Positions 5,943-14,956 of a stretch of 15,624 bases of DNA are shown piece by piece. Both the position numbers and the translations under genes were made by a program. The stretch lies in the NCBI GenBank assembly GCA_044342325.1, contig JBIIPZ010000054.1:1-15624 (forward strand), given 5' to 3'. The notes beneath the pieces are model-generated. The model was given only the letters and a program-made list of their open reading frames with translations, was not told the origin of the DNA and searched no databases. The stretch's first letter is position 1. Each line of letters begins with the position of its first letter. Origin of the DNA: Terrimicrobiaceae bacterium. Lineage in GTDB: Bacteria > Verrucomicrobiota > Verrucomicrobiia > Chthoniobacterales > Terrimicrobiaceae.

Positions 5943-7970
5943 ATGCGTCTTTTCAAAATAGCAGGCCGTGTTCAGACATTGGCGAGTGTGGCCGCTGTGG
6001 TTCTTGGTTTTTTGCATTCTTTGCCCACCCTCAAGGCGGATTCCACAGAGGCTGCGCTGATCCCCTGGCCAAAAATCAAATACCTCATCGTCGCTCAAAA
6101 CCGTGAGGTGGCTGATGTGCTCTCCGAACTCTCACAGCAGCATGGAGTGCGCACGGTCATTAGCGGAAATGTGAAAGGGCGCATCAGCGGTCGGTTTGAA
6201 AACATTCCGCCCGGCGACCTCCTCTCCCAGCTTTCCCGCTCGTTCAACCTGATGTGGATGTTTCATAACGGAATCCTCTATGTTGGCACGCCGGTGGAGG
6301 TGCAAACCAGCTTGGTGACTCTGCGCTTTTCCAAGCCGGAAACTGTCCTTTCCTCGCTTTCGCGAATGGGCATTCTCTCCCCTGGGTCCTCTGTTTCCAA
6401 TGTGCCGGGCACGCCTCTTATCTCCATCACCGGCTTGCAGGCTTTTGTGGATGTCAACAGGCATGTCGCCGAGACGCTGGACAATCAGGAGCAGTTTCGC
6501 CAGCAGGGCGAGATGGTGATCGAGGTTTTTCCTCTCAATTACGCTTGGGCCTACGATGTTGTGCTCGGTGGTGGCTTGGCAAGTGCTGATGGAAATGCCA
6601 GTTCGGGAAGCGTCATCAAGGGCGTTGCCTCTTTGCTTAACGAGCTTGTGAACGATACGAGCCAAGGCGCTGTCAATATCGGTGACACCTTCGCCAGCGG
6701 TGGCAAGCCCAGGGCCATGGTTGGCGCTCTAGGTCCTCAGCAAGCGGCGGAAACCGCCAGACTCGGATTTTACACGGGACCGGCACCACAATCATCGACC
6801 GGCCCCGCATCGCCAGCCCCTGCAGCAGGCCCACCCTCAGCGGCAGGCCCGTCCTCCGCACCGCAGCAGGGCTACAGCACCGCGACAGGGCCGGGTCAAG
6901 GGCTTCCCGGCGCTTTCGTGACCAATCAGGCCAGCATCATGTCTGATGTGCGCCGGAATGCCGTGGTGATTCGGGATATCCGGGAAAACATGCCCTCCTA
7001 TGCGGATGCCATAGCACAGCTGGATGTGCCTGCGCGGGTCATTGAAATTTCCGCCGCTATCGTAGATTTGGCGATCGGCACCTCGCGCACCTTGGGCGTC
7101 AACTCTATCGGCGTGGGAGCGGCAGGGCAGGGCGGGGGAGTAGCCAGTGCGACCGGGCGCCGCGAACTCGCGGTGGATGATGCCGCGATCGTCGCTCAGA
7201 ATGCCGCCGCAAAAGCCAACGGGGTCAATGTGCTCAACAATCCGCTCATTTCCCGCGCCGCCGATGCCGCAAACGCGGCTGATGCCCCGAACATTCTGGC
7301 AAGTGGCGTCTTTGGCACCACGCAAGTCATGGCCTCCATCAACGCTCTGGAGCAACAAAACAAGGCCCGCACACTATCCCGCCCCTCCGTGCTGACACTG
7401 GATAATTTTGGCGCCAGCATCAGTCGCCTCGAAACCTTCTATGTGAACAGCACGGGCCAGTATGTGAGCAATCTTTTCAATGTCAGCACAGGGCTTAGCC
7501 TTCAGGTCATTCCCCATGTGACCATCGAGAAAAATAAGGAGCGCATCTACCTGCAGGTGAAAATTGAGGATGGAAACCTTGGGGGACGCCAAGTGACTTC
7601 GATTCCGACGGTGCAGCAATCCTCCCTGACGACTCAAGCCATGGTGAAACGCGACCAGAGCCTCTTGATTGGCGGGCTCTTCCTGAAGGTCGATAAAAAG
7701 CAGATCAGTGGATACCCTTGGCTCCAGCGCATGCCGGTTCTTGGCTACCTTTTCTCGGTCAAGGGCAGGATGGATGACATGGTTGAGCGGATTTTTGTGA
7801 TCACTCCGCGTATTGTCGAAATCGACTCGAAGAATCTCGGCGATTACTCCAAGTATTTCCAACCGGCTCCGCTTCAACAGGAGGCCCTTGACGAGGAGGC
7901 CGCGTTCAACCTGCCGGTGGAAGAAGTGCCTGTGCCATCCCCGACTCCCGCTGCTAAAAAGAAAAAATGA
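5943..7970 (+). CDS. sctC: T3SS outer-membrane secretin SctC (YscC/HrcC family)
   Basis: Sec signal peptide, then N0 (VKGRISGRF...LSRSFNLMWMFHNGILYV) and N3 (FPLNYAWAYD; SDVRRNAVVIRD...IAQLDVPARVIEISAAIVD). The secretin domain includes INALEQQNKARTLSRPSVLTLDN, QSLLIGG, P.L..MPVLGYLF and ERIFVITPRIV. Confidence 0.96.
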   Translation: MRLFKIAGRVQTLASVAAVVLGFLHSLPTLKADSTEAALIPWPKIKYLIVAQNREVADVLSELSQQHGVRTVISGNVKGRISGRFENIPPGDLLSQLSRSFNLMWMFHNGILYVGTPVEVQTSLVTLRFSKPETVLSSLSRMGILSPGSSVSNVPGTPLISITGLQAFVDVNRHVAETLDNQEQFRQQGEMVIEVFPLNYAWAYDVVLGGGLASADGNASSGSVIKGVASLLNELVNDTSQGAVNIGDTFASGGKPRAMVGALGPQQAAETARLGFYTGPAPQSSTGPASPAPAAGPPSAAGPSSAPQQGYSTATGPGQGLPGAFVTNQASIMSDVRRNAVVIRDIRENMPSYADAIAQLDVPARVIEISAAIVDLAIGTSRTLGVNSIGVGAAGQGGGVASATGRRELAVDDAAIVAQNAAAKANGVNVLNNPLISRAADAANAADAPNILASGVFGTTQVMASINALEQQNKARTLSRPSVLTLDNFGASISRLETFYVNSTGQYVSNLFNVSTGLSLQVIPHVTIEKNKERIYLQVKIEDGNLGGRQVTSIPTVQQSSLTTQAMVKRDQSLLIGGLFLKVDKKQISGYPWLQRMPVLGYLFSVKGRMDDMVERIFVITPRIVEIDSKNLGDYSKYFQPAPLQQEALDEEAAFNLPVEEVPVPSPTPAAKKKK

Positions 7971-8824
7971 GCGACCCAATGAACACACACTCGCAGGAAT
8001 ACCCCCGCATCTTTGCTGTCATGAGATCTATTTCAAAACGCCTTCTGCTGATTCTCCTCGCTGTCTTGATGGCGGGGTGCGGTGCGGAAGATCTCTACAC
8101 CAATGTGACGGAGAGCGACGCCAACACGATGCTTGGCCTCCTGATCGCGCGGGGAATTTCTGCCACGAAGCGCCCGGTGAAGGAAAATCTCTTCGCCGTC
8201 GCCGTGCCTCGCGATCAATTCGCCAGCGCGGTGGATATTCTGAAGTGGTATGGAATTCCCAAGGAAACTTTCGATGGGATCGGCGAAATGTTTCCGAAGA
8301 CCGGCCTTGTTTCCTCACCGAGCGAGGAGCGGATCCGTTTCATGCACGCTCTGGCGGGCAATATCTCCGAGATGCTCAGCAACATCGATGGCGTTATCAC
8401 CGCGCGCGTCATCCTCGTGCTGCCGAGCAACGATCCCTATACAAACAAGAATAACCCCGCTTCTGCTTCGGTGTTCTTGAAAATCCGGCCCGGCTTTGAT
8501 ACCACCACGCAGATTCCACAGATCAAGCAGCTCGTGATGAACAGCGTCGAGGGCTTGAACTACGACAAGGTTGCCGTGACGCTTGTGCGCTCGGACGAGG
8601 TCGATTTCTTCAATCCTTTGAAGGCCGGTGCACAGCAGGGAAAAATTCTGGGGATTTCCGTGAATTCCGAATCCCGTGGTGCGCTCGTTGCGGTCCTGAT
8701 CGCAGCCTTCCTCTTGGTGCTGGGCAGCGCGGGAGCTGCTGTTTATTTTTTCCTCAAGTTTCGAAAGGGCGCGCAGGGTTCTGCAACATCCACAGAGTCA
8801 ATTGAGCCCCCAGTGGCCGGTTGA
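7967..8824 (+). CDS. sctJ: T3SS inner-membrane ring lipoprotein SctJ (YscJ/HrcJ/PrgK)
   Basis: Lipobox LMAGC, then LYTNVTESDANTM, FPKTGLVSSPSEERIRF, LSNIDGVITARVILVLP, PASASVFLK and IKQLVMNSVEGLNYDKVAV, with a C-terminal TM helix. The start is ambiguous: 7967 (ATGA overlap with sctC), 7979, or 8021 (gives a normal 19-aa signal peptide). Confidence 0.96.
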   Translation: MSDPMNTHSQEYPRIFAVMRSISKRLLLILLAVLMAGCGAEDLYTNVTESDANTMLGLLIARGISATKRPVKENLFAVAVPRDQFASAVDILKWYGIPKETFDGIGEMFPKTGLVSSPSEERIRFMHALAGNISEMLSNIDGVITARVILVLPSNDPYTNKNNPASASVFLKIRPGFDTTTQIPQIKQLVMNSVEGLNYDKVAVTLVRSDEVDFFNPLKAGAQQGKILGISVNSESRGALVAVLIAAFLLVLGSAGAAVYFFLKFRKGAQGSATSTESIEPPVAG

Positions 8825-8848
8825 GGCCCTCATACAGGTTGATCGCCC

Positions 8849-9520
8849 ATGAGCACCACCAGCAAAGAAACCTGGCAGAAACTCGCCGATTCCTGGGTGG
8901 GAATCGCTCCGAGGGAGGCCCATTTCGAGTCCTGGATGTCGCTGAATCTCCATCCCCCGCTTGAAGGACATCTCCCGGCAGAATGGGTTGCCCGCGTAGA
9001 GGCGGACCCTCGCGCGTCTGCATTCGCCCGCCGCTATCTGCGATCCAGTTTCAAATGGGAATCGACTTGGGTGGACTGGATGCCCAACAGCGATGTGGCT
9101 GCCTTGGTGCTCGAGCCGAAGGAGTCCTTGGAAAGGACCGTAATGCTCTCCGGCGCGCTCTGCTGCCGGCAGCTGATCTCTGTGTCGATCTCAAAAGCCG
9201 TTCGAATCACCCTGGTTGATGCATTGGGCAGCGAGGTGCTGCAGCGTCTCTCTGCGCGGCCAGCCCTCGGTAGAATGGGACTTCCTGATGCCGTCGTGCC
9301 GCTGGCCTGGGCCTTGAAACCCGCCGAGACCCTTCGCCGGAGCGGCCTGCTTTGCCTGCGTCTGGCGGTGTCGCCGTTTCCCTCCGGCATGGAATCCCGC
9401 CTCGCCGCGATCCTCCCAGATTCTGTGTGGATGGAGCCTTTCCCTGCTTTTTCCCCGGAGGACCCAAAACTCGCAATGGAGTGCATCTCCGCCGCGAGGA
9501 AACTTGACCATTCTTTATGA
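8849..9520 (+). CDS. sctK: Putative sorting-platform protein SctK (YscK/OrgA-like)
   Basis: 223 aa, Leu/Trp/Pro-rich (LHP near the N-terminus, GLLCL near the C-terminus). It lies between sctJ and sctL, the conserved sctK position. The call is mostly positional. Confidence 0.62.
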   Translation: MSTTSKETWQKLADSWVGIAPREAHFESWMSLNLHPPLEGHLPAEWVARVEADPRASAFARRYLRSSFKWESTWVDWMPNSDVAALVLEPKESLERTVMLSGALCCRQLISVSISKAVRITLVDALGSEVLQRLSARPALGRMGLPDAVVPLAWALKPAETLRRSGLLCLRLAVSPFPSGMESRLAAILPDSVWMEPFPAFSPEDPKLAMECISAARKLDHSL

Positions 9521-10131
9521 GTTCGCACCTTCTCCGGATTGAAAATGATATCCCCGCCGTGTTGTCCGGCTCCGTGTTGAAAGCGGCCGACGCCCTCAAG
9601 CTGGCAGATGCCGAGCGCGTGCTTGTGGCAGCTAGGGAAATCGAGGCTCGCAGCAAGGAGGATGCCGCCAAGGAGGCTGAACTTCAGCGGCAAGAAGGCC
9701 ACCGCAAGGGCCTGCAGGAAGGTCTCCTCGAGGCCCGTTTGCACAACCTGGAAACCGTTGCGGCTACCTCCAAGATGATCTCCGGTTTGCACCACCAAAT
9801 CTGTGATGTCGTGACGACCTGCCTACGCACTCTACTCAAGGACATGCCTCCGGCACAGAGGATCGAGCAAGCAGCTACGCTGGCGTTGGAAACGGTGAAT
9901 CTCCAGCAGACGGTGGTTCTCTGCGTGAACCCCGCCGAATTGCGCGAGGCCGTGCCGGTGTCGCAAAAACTCTCGGAACTGATGTCTGGCGGCGCCCGTG
10001 TGGAATGTCGAGGCCGCGAGGATGTGGAGCTGGGCGACTGCCTTTTGGAAACGCCCATGGGCATCATCCGCTGCGCGTTGGAAGACCAACTCGCTCTCAT
10101 CAATAAAGCCCTTCACAGCGCGCAGGAATGA
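9517..10131 (+). CDS. sctL: T3SS stator SctL (YscL/HrpE/FliH family)
   Basis: 204 aa with VLKAAD, an AxxxGxxxG repeat ([10 protein letters not shown]), LCVNP and [16 protein letters not shown] overlap with sctK. Confidence 0.92.
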   Translation: MSSHLLRIENDIPAVLSGSVLKAADALKLADAERVLVAAREIEARSKEDAAKEAELQRQEGHRKGLQEGLLEARLHNLETVAATSKMISGLHHQICDVVTTCLRTLLKDMPPAQRIEQAATLALETVNLQQTVVLCVNPAELREAVPVSQKLSELMSGGARVECRGREDVELGDCLLETPMGIIRCALEDQLALINKALHSAQE

Positions 10132-10135
10132 GATC

Positions 10136-11470
10136 ATGACGGCCGCCGAACCTCTTCCAGGTTACTTTCAGCGCCTCCGCTCGGCCGGTGCCGCTGTCGT
10201 TCCCAGACGCCTCTCTGGCCAGATCACACAGGTCGCCGGCGTGCTGGTGAAGGCGCTCCTTCCCGGCGTGCAAGTGGGGGAACTCTGTGAGGTCTGGCGT
10301 CCCGGAGCCAAGGAAGCGCAGTTCGCCGAGGTGATTGGTTTTTCTGGCTCCACCGCCCTCCTGATGCCTGTGGGTGATTACGAGGGCCTCTGCTCGAACA
10401 CCGAGGTGCGCCCGACCGGGACGACCCACAAGATCAAGGTCGGCGAAGGACTCCTTGGCCGCGTGCTCGATGGGCTCGGCAACTTTCTTGATACTTCCGC
10501 CGAGCCGTTCATCGCGGAAGCCGAGTATCCCGTCAATGCCCTGCCGCCGGACCCCCTCTCGCGCGGCCTTGTCGAGCGTCCGCTCTCTCTTGGCCTGCGG
10601 GCTATAGATGGCCTGCTGACCTGCGGCGAGGGGCAGCGCATCGGCATCTTTGCCGCTGCGGGTGGAGGCAAGAGCACCCTGCTTTCCACGATTCTTCGCA
10701 ATACCGAGGCTGAGGTCGTCGTTCTCGCCCTCATCGGTGAGCGTGGTCGCGAGGTTCGCGAATTTTTGGAAATGGTCTTGGATGAGGAATCCCGCAAACG
10801 CGCTGTGGTGGTGGTTTCCACCTCCGACCGCCCCGCCATCGAGCGCCTCAAATCGGCTCATGTCGCTACGACTGTGGCCGAGTATTTTCGCGACAAGGGA
10901 AAGAAGGTTCTGCTCATGCTCGACTCGGTGACGCGCTTCGCCCGCGCTCAGCGCTCCATCGGCCTCGCGGCTGGCGAACCACCCGCGCGCCGTGGATTTC
11001 CGCCCTCAGTTTTCAATGCGCTTCCCGCCCTGCTGGAGCGCGCCGGTCCTGCCGAGAAGGGATCCATCACCGCCATTTATACCGTGCTTGTGGAGGGTGA
11101 CGACATGAACGAACCGGTGGCCGACGAGGTGCGCTCGATTCTCGACGGCCATGTGATCCTGTCCCGCCGACTCGCCTCGGCCTACCACTACCCCGCTATC
11201 GATGTTCTGGAGAGCGTGAGTCGTGTCATGGGCAATGTGGTGGACGATGCCCACAAGGCCGCTGCCGGCAAGGTGCGCGACATGCTGGCCCGCTACCGCG
11301 ACACCGAGTTGCTAATCCGCATCGGTGAATACAAAAAGGGCAGCGATCCCGCCACCGACGAGGCGATTGAAAAAAACAAGGCGATCAATGATTTTCTGAA
11401 GCAGAAACTCTCCGAAAAATCCACCTATCAGGATGCGCTGGAAGGTCTCAAAAAACTCGCTGGAGTATGA
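10136..11470 (+). CDS. sctN: T3SS ATPase SctN (YscN/FliI family)
   Basis: Walker [26 protein letters not shown], Walker [50 protein letters not shown] and [11 protein letters not shown] 10136 (444 aa) lies 4 nt after the sctL stop and is preferred to the ORF-track start at 9998. Confidence 0.98.
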   Translation: MTAAEPLPGYFQRLRSAGAAVVPRRLSGQITQVAGVLVKALLPGVQVGELCEVWRPGAKEAQFAEVIGFSGSTALLMPVGDYEGLCSNTEVRPTGTTHKIKVGEGLLGRVLDGLGNFLDTSAEPFIAEAEYPVNALPPDPLSRGLVERPLSLGLRAIDGLLTCGEGQRIGIFAAAGGGKSTLLSTILRNTEAEVVVLALIGERGREVREFLEMVLDEESRKRAVVVVSTSDRPAIERLKSAHVATTVAEYFRDKGKKVLLMLDSVTRFARAQRSIGLAAGEPPARRGFPPSVFNALPALLERAGPAEKGSITAIYTVLVEGDDMNEPVADEVRSILDGHVILSRRLASAYHYPAIDVLESVSRVMGNVVDDAHKAAAGKVRDMLARYRDTELLIRIGEYKKGSDPATDEAIEKNKAINDFLKQKLSEKSTYQDALEGLKKLAGV

Positions 11471-11961
11471 AGTATCCGCTCACATTCCTTTTGGATTTGC
11501 GCAAGACGCGCATGGAGCGCTGCGAGCAAGCCCTTGCCCAGGCCCGCGCCATGGTCAAACGCCGCCACGAGGAACTTGATGACCGCATTCGGGAGCACAG
11601 TGAGTATGTTCAATGGTGCGACAACGAGGAGGATCGCCTCTTTGCGGAACTCTTCGCCAAGCCTGCCCAGCACCAAAAAGTTCTCGATGTTCGCGAGGAA
11701 ATGCTCGCCAACCGCGCTCGCGAAGCTGAATACCTCAAACGCATTGATGATGCCCGTGCGGCCTTGGAGGCTGCACGCGCCGAGGAGGCCAAGTGCCTTG
11801 AGGCCCTCCAAATTGCCATCCGCAATCGCGAAAAACTCGATTCCCACAAGACGCTGTGGACCGATGGATTCAAACAAGCCGAACAAATGGCCGAGGATGC
11901 GGTGATGGAGGAAACCGCTGAGTCTGCTTATCTTAGAAATCTGCAATTAGTTGAATCATAG
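11467..11961 (+). CDS. sctO: T3SS stalk protein SctO (YscO/FliJ-like)
   Basis: 164-aa coiled-coil protein starting [23 protein letters not shown], with REKL and EQMAED near the C-terminus. ATGA overlap with sctN, in the conserved position. Confidence 0.85.
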   Translation: MKYPLTFLLDLRKTRMERCEQALAQARAMVKRRHEELDDRIREHSEYVQWCDNEEDRLFAELFAKPAQHQKVLDVREEMLANRAREAEYLKRIDDARAALEAARAEEAKCLEALQIAIRNREKLDSHKTLWTDGFKQAEQMAEDAVMEETAESAYLRNLQLVES

Positions 11962-11966
11962 TTACT

Positions 11967-13955
11967 ATGGAAAACCTTCAAATCAGCTCTTCTCATCTCA
12001 GGTCGGTTGTCTCCACGGAGCCACCCATAGTTGTGTCGGCAAAAGCGGATGATGTGGCTTTTTTTAATGCAGCTATGCAAGGTGAGACCACGGCGTCATC
12101 CTACAAAGACGCTGCTTCGACAGGCTCCCCAGAGGAGATCCTGCCTCAAAGCCAGCAAGATCAAATTTTAAAAGCTGCAGCCAAAAGTCCCGAGGATTTG
12201 GCCCAAGTGGTTCAACAGCTTCTTTCCGAGAATCCCTCACTTGCCGGAGCCATAGCCGCTTACGCGACCAAACTTGATCCCTCTTCAGCCGCAACTTTTG
12301 CGGAAGCTGCGATCAAAGCCAATCCGCAAGCTGCTGCGCAGATTGCGGCATCGGTCACGGAGGTAGCGATCAAAGCCAATCCGCAGGACGCCGCGCAAAT
12401 CGCGTCCTCGGTCGCTGAAGTTGCGGTCAAAGCCAGTCCGCAGGTCGCCGAGCAGATAGCGGCCTCGGTTGCCGAGGCTGCCATCAAAACCAATCCCGAG
12501 GCCGCCGCGCAAATCGCGTCCTCGGTCGCGGAAGTTGCGATCAAAGCCAATCCCGAGGCCGCCGCGCAGATTGCGACATCGGTCGCGGAGGTTGCGGTCA
12601 AAGCCAGTCCGCAGGTCGCCGAGCAGATAGCGACATCGGTCGCTGAGATTGCGGTCAAAGCCAATCCCGAGGCAGCCGCGCAGATTGCGATATCGGTCGC
12701 GGAGGTTGCGATCAAAGCCAATCCCGAGGCAGCAGCGCAGATTGCGATATCGGTCGCGGAGGTTGCGATCAAAGCCAATCCCGAGGCAGCAGCGCAGATT
12801 GCGACATCGGTCGCCGAGTTTGCGATCAAAGCCAATCCGCAGGCTGCCGCGCAGATTGCGACATCGGTCGCCGAGCTTGCGATCAAAGCCAATCCGCAGG
12901 CTGCCGCGCAGGTTGCGGTATCGGTCGCGGAAGTTGCGATCAAAGCCAATCCGCAGGCAGCAGCGCAGATTGCGTCCTCGGTCGCCGAAGCTGCGACCAA
13001 AGCCAATCCACAGGCCGCCGCGCAGATTGCCGGCAGTGTTTTTTCCGCCGTTGTGAATGCCATTCCCAACATTTCCTTGCCAAACACCTTGGATATTGCC
13101 GCGCGCATCGCGAAGGTTGCGGTAAGTGCGAATCCCATTGCAGCTCCGGATATTGCGGCTGAGATGATGAAAACAGCCCTCTCTTTCTCTCCTGGATATG
13201 CTCCGGCCGTAGCCGAGGAATTGCAGTTAGTGATCAATGAAGTGGCTCCCGAGTTCGCCGCTGTCGTGGGGGTGGTTTTGCAAAATCTGCAAACGAACAC
13301 TTTGCCGAATAGCGGATCCAACACTCCTGCGACTCCTATAGGGGTCGCCGCAGCCCCTGTTGCAGGCGTTATTTCGGGAACCGTCTCGATGGCCACGGGC
13401 GGAACATCGCCCTCTCCAAGTGGCAACCCAGCTCAATCCCAGAATACGCCTTCTATGCCGGATCAGGCACCACAATCAGGATTCATTGCTTCACAAGCCA
13501 CCGCAGCCAGCGTGGGCGGGTCTAACCCCGTTCCTCAGGCATCTCCCAAGGTGATTGTTAATCTCCTCCAACTGATTGCCGATACGGTCAGTAACATCAA
13601 AATCGATGAGACTCAGACGACCATTGTTTTGCAGAAAACAGCCGAGCTTCCCGGAGAAGTGACCCTCCAAGTTCGCATGCGCAATGGTGCTCTCGAAGTC
13701 AACTTCAATACTTCCGACCCCGAGAGCCTCGCTACTTTGCAAAACAACATTTCAGCTCTCCAGTCCCAGCTCCAGAAGTCGATCGCTATATCGGCTCAGG
13801 TTTTTCTCGCTGGGCAACCTCTGGAGGACGAATTATCGAATTTGGATGATTCAAAATCCGAGGTCGGCACCGATTTCAAAACCGGACAGTCCAATGAGGG
13901 GAACGGAAAAGACAAAGTCCAAAAGAAATCTCAGAATGGAGGAGCACAGCAATGA
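11967..13955 (+). CDS. sctP: Needle-length control protein SctP (YscP/FliK-like) with internal tandem repeats
   Basis: 662 aa between sctO and sctQ. It has a long Ala-rich repeat and a low-complexity middle, a C-terminal FliK/T3S4-like domain (TTIVLQKTAELPGEVTLQVRMRNGALEVNFNTSDPESLATLQNNISALQSQL) and a charged tail. Confidence 0.85.
   Translation: MENLQISSSHLRSVVSTEPPIVVSAKADDVAFFNAAMQGETTASSYKDAASTGSPEEILPQSQQDQILKAAAKSPEDLAQVVQQLLSENPSLAGAIAAYATKLDPSSAATFAEAAIKANPQAAAQIAASVTEVAIKANPQDAAQIASSVAEVAVKASPQVAEQIAASVAEAAIKTNPEAAAQIASSVAEVAIKANPEAAAQIATSVAEVAVKASPQVAEQIATSVAEIAVKANPEAAAQIAISVAEVAIKANPEAAAQIAISVAEVAIKANPEAAAQIATSVAEFAIKANPQAAAQIATSVAELAIKANPQAAAQVAVSVAEVAIKANPQAAAQIASSVAEAATKANPQAAAQIAGSVFSAVVNAIPNISLPNTLDIAARIAKVAVSANPIAAPDIAAEMMKTALSFSPGYAPAVAEELQLVINEVAPEFAAVVGVVLQNLQTNTLPNSGSNTPATPIGVAAAPVAGVISGTVSMATGGTSPSPSGNPAQSQNTPSMPDQAPQSGFIASQATAASVGGSNPVPQASPKVIVNLLQLIADTVSNIKIDETQTTIVLQKTAELPGEVTLQVRMRNGALEVNFNTSDPESLATLQNNISALQSQLQKSIAISAQVFLAGQPLEDELSNLDDSKSEVGTDFKTGQSNEGNGKDKVQKKSQNGGAQQ
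12309..13049 (+). repeat. Coding tandem repeat: 13 x 57 bp (19 aa, consensus AIKANP[E/Q]AAAQIA[T/S]SVAEV)
   Basis: Units start at 12309 (gcgatcaaagccaatccg) and recur every 57 nt to 12993 (gcgaccaaagccaatcca), in frame with no indels. Confidence 0.97.
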
Positions 13956-14956
13956 CCAATATCAGCAAAGAGAATCTGCCTGAGCTTGACCCCAACCAAT
14001 CGAGGCTTTTTGAGCTCACAACGGGGCTCGGAGGCCACTTCCCTGTGCGTTTTGGCAATGACCTCTGGACAATTGTTTGCACGGCTGAGCCAAAGCCTTG
14101 GAAACCTGAGATAGCGCTTCCGCTTTTGATCGGTGGTGAACCATCCGCCCTGGAGTTGACATTCACGCCGGGCGCCAAACTCTTTGAGCGTCACTCGGAG
14201 TTTCGAGATATCGCCTCCATGTCGGAGCCGTTCGCATTGGCAATCCGTGCCACATTGAACCGGGAGCTTCTTGACTCGCTCCAAAATGCCTTTGATGCCG
14301 AGGTGGAGATCGCTCCGTCTTTTCCCAAACCTCTTCCCCCCTTGCTTCTGGCTTTTGATATTCTTGACCAAAATGGCACAGCCGAAGGCAGGGGTGTGCT
14401 TCGGATCGGTCTCGAGACATTGAAACGCATCGAAGGGATCGCGCCATCGTGGCAGACACGAAAGAACCCCAAGCTCGAAAGCCTCCCGCAACCCGTGGCT
14501 TTATGCGTCGCTGCGATCAATGTCCCGGTCGACGACCTCGCCAACTTGAGGGCAGGAGATTGCCTCCTCCTTGGAGATTCTGCCGCCTGGCCGTATCAAA
14601 TCTGGATTTCCGCAGGAGCCGCTCCTATGCCAACAGGCATCCCTGCAAACGCAGCGCAACCGCCACTCTTGGAAACATCAACCCAATCAGCCATGAACTC
14701 TTCCGATTCCACATCCGCCCCGTCACCAATCTCCGGCCTTCAATTGCCCGTTCTCATTGTTGCCGGTCGTCGCGAAATGACCCTTCACGACTTGTCCTCC
14801 CTGCGCGAGGGGGCATCCATCGAAATCGGGAACGGGGAGGAAATCGCCGTCCAACTCGAGGTCAACAATCAAGTCGTGGCCAAGGGTCGACTGGTGCGCG
14901 TGGCTGATAAAATTTGCGCCAACATCACAGAGGTCATCTCGTTCCCTCAGGCATGA
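13952..14956 (+). CDS. sctQ: T3SS cytoplasmic ring protein SctQ (YscQ/HrcQ; FliM/FliN SPOA domains)
   Basis: SPOA1 (DDLANLRAGDCLLL) and SPOA2 (LQLPVLIVAGRREMTLHDLSSLREGASIEI...VNNQVVAKGRLVRVADKICANITEV). GGAGGAG lies at 13938-13944 and there is an ATGA overlap with sctP. Confidence 0.92.
   Translation: MTNISKENLPELDPNQSRLFELTTGLGGHFPVRFGNDLWTIVCTAEPKPWKPEIALPLLIGGEPSALELTFTPGAKLFERHSEFRDIASMSEPFALAIRATLNRELLDSLQNAFDAEVEIAPSFPKPLPPLLLAFDILDQNGTAEGRGVLRIGLETLKRIEGIAPSWQTRKNPKLESLPQPVALCVAAINVPVDDLANLRAGDCLLLGDSAAWPYQIWISAGAAPMPTGIPANAAQPPLLETSTQSAMNSSDSTSAPSPISGLQLPVLIVAGRREMTLHDLSSLREGASIEIGNGEEIAVQLEVNNQVVAKGRLVRVADKICANITEVISFPQA

Noticed and set aside
9998..10135. 46-aa N-terminal extension of SctN in the ORF track
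   Set aside because: It overlaps the conserved sctL 3' end; ATG 10136 gives a typical-length ATPase.
3214..10861. Other long alternative-frame ORFs (e.g. 3214-3996 -, 7374-7988 -, 7813-8454 +, 9034-9798 -, 10100-10861 -)
   Set aside because: They overlap well-supported genes, show no recognisable motifs, and are expected in GC-rich coding DNA.
12309..13049. Tandem array as a possible CRISPR
   Set aside because: The units are contiguous with no unique spacers, the period is a multiple of 3 inside a CDS, and there are no cas genes in the window.
12260..13426. 388-aa minus-strand ORF with Cys/Ala repeats (AICAAASGLALIATSATD)
   Set aside because: It is the antisense shadow of the SctP repeat; one stop-free unit repeated explains the long open frame.
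14914..14952. Upstream start for sctR
   Set aside because: It overlaps sctQ SPOA2; ATG 14953 forms an ATGA overlap and gives a normal SctR N-terminus.
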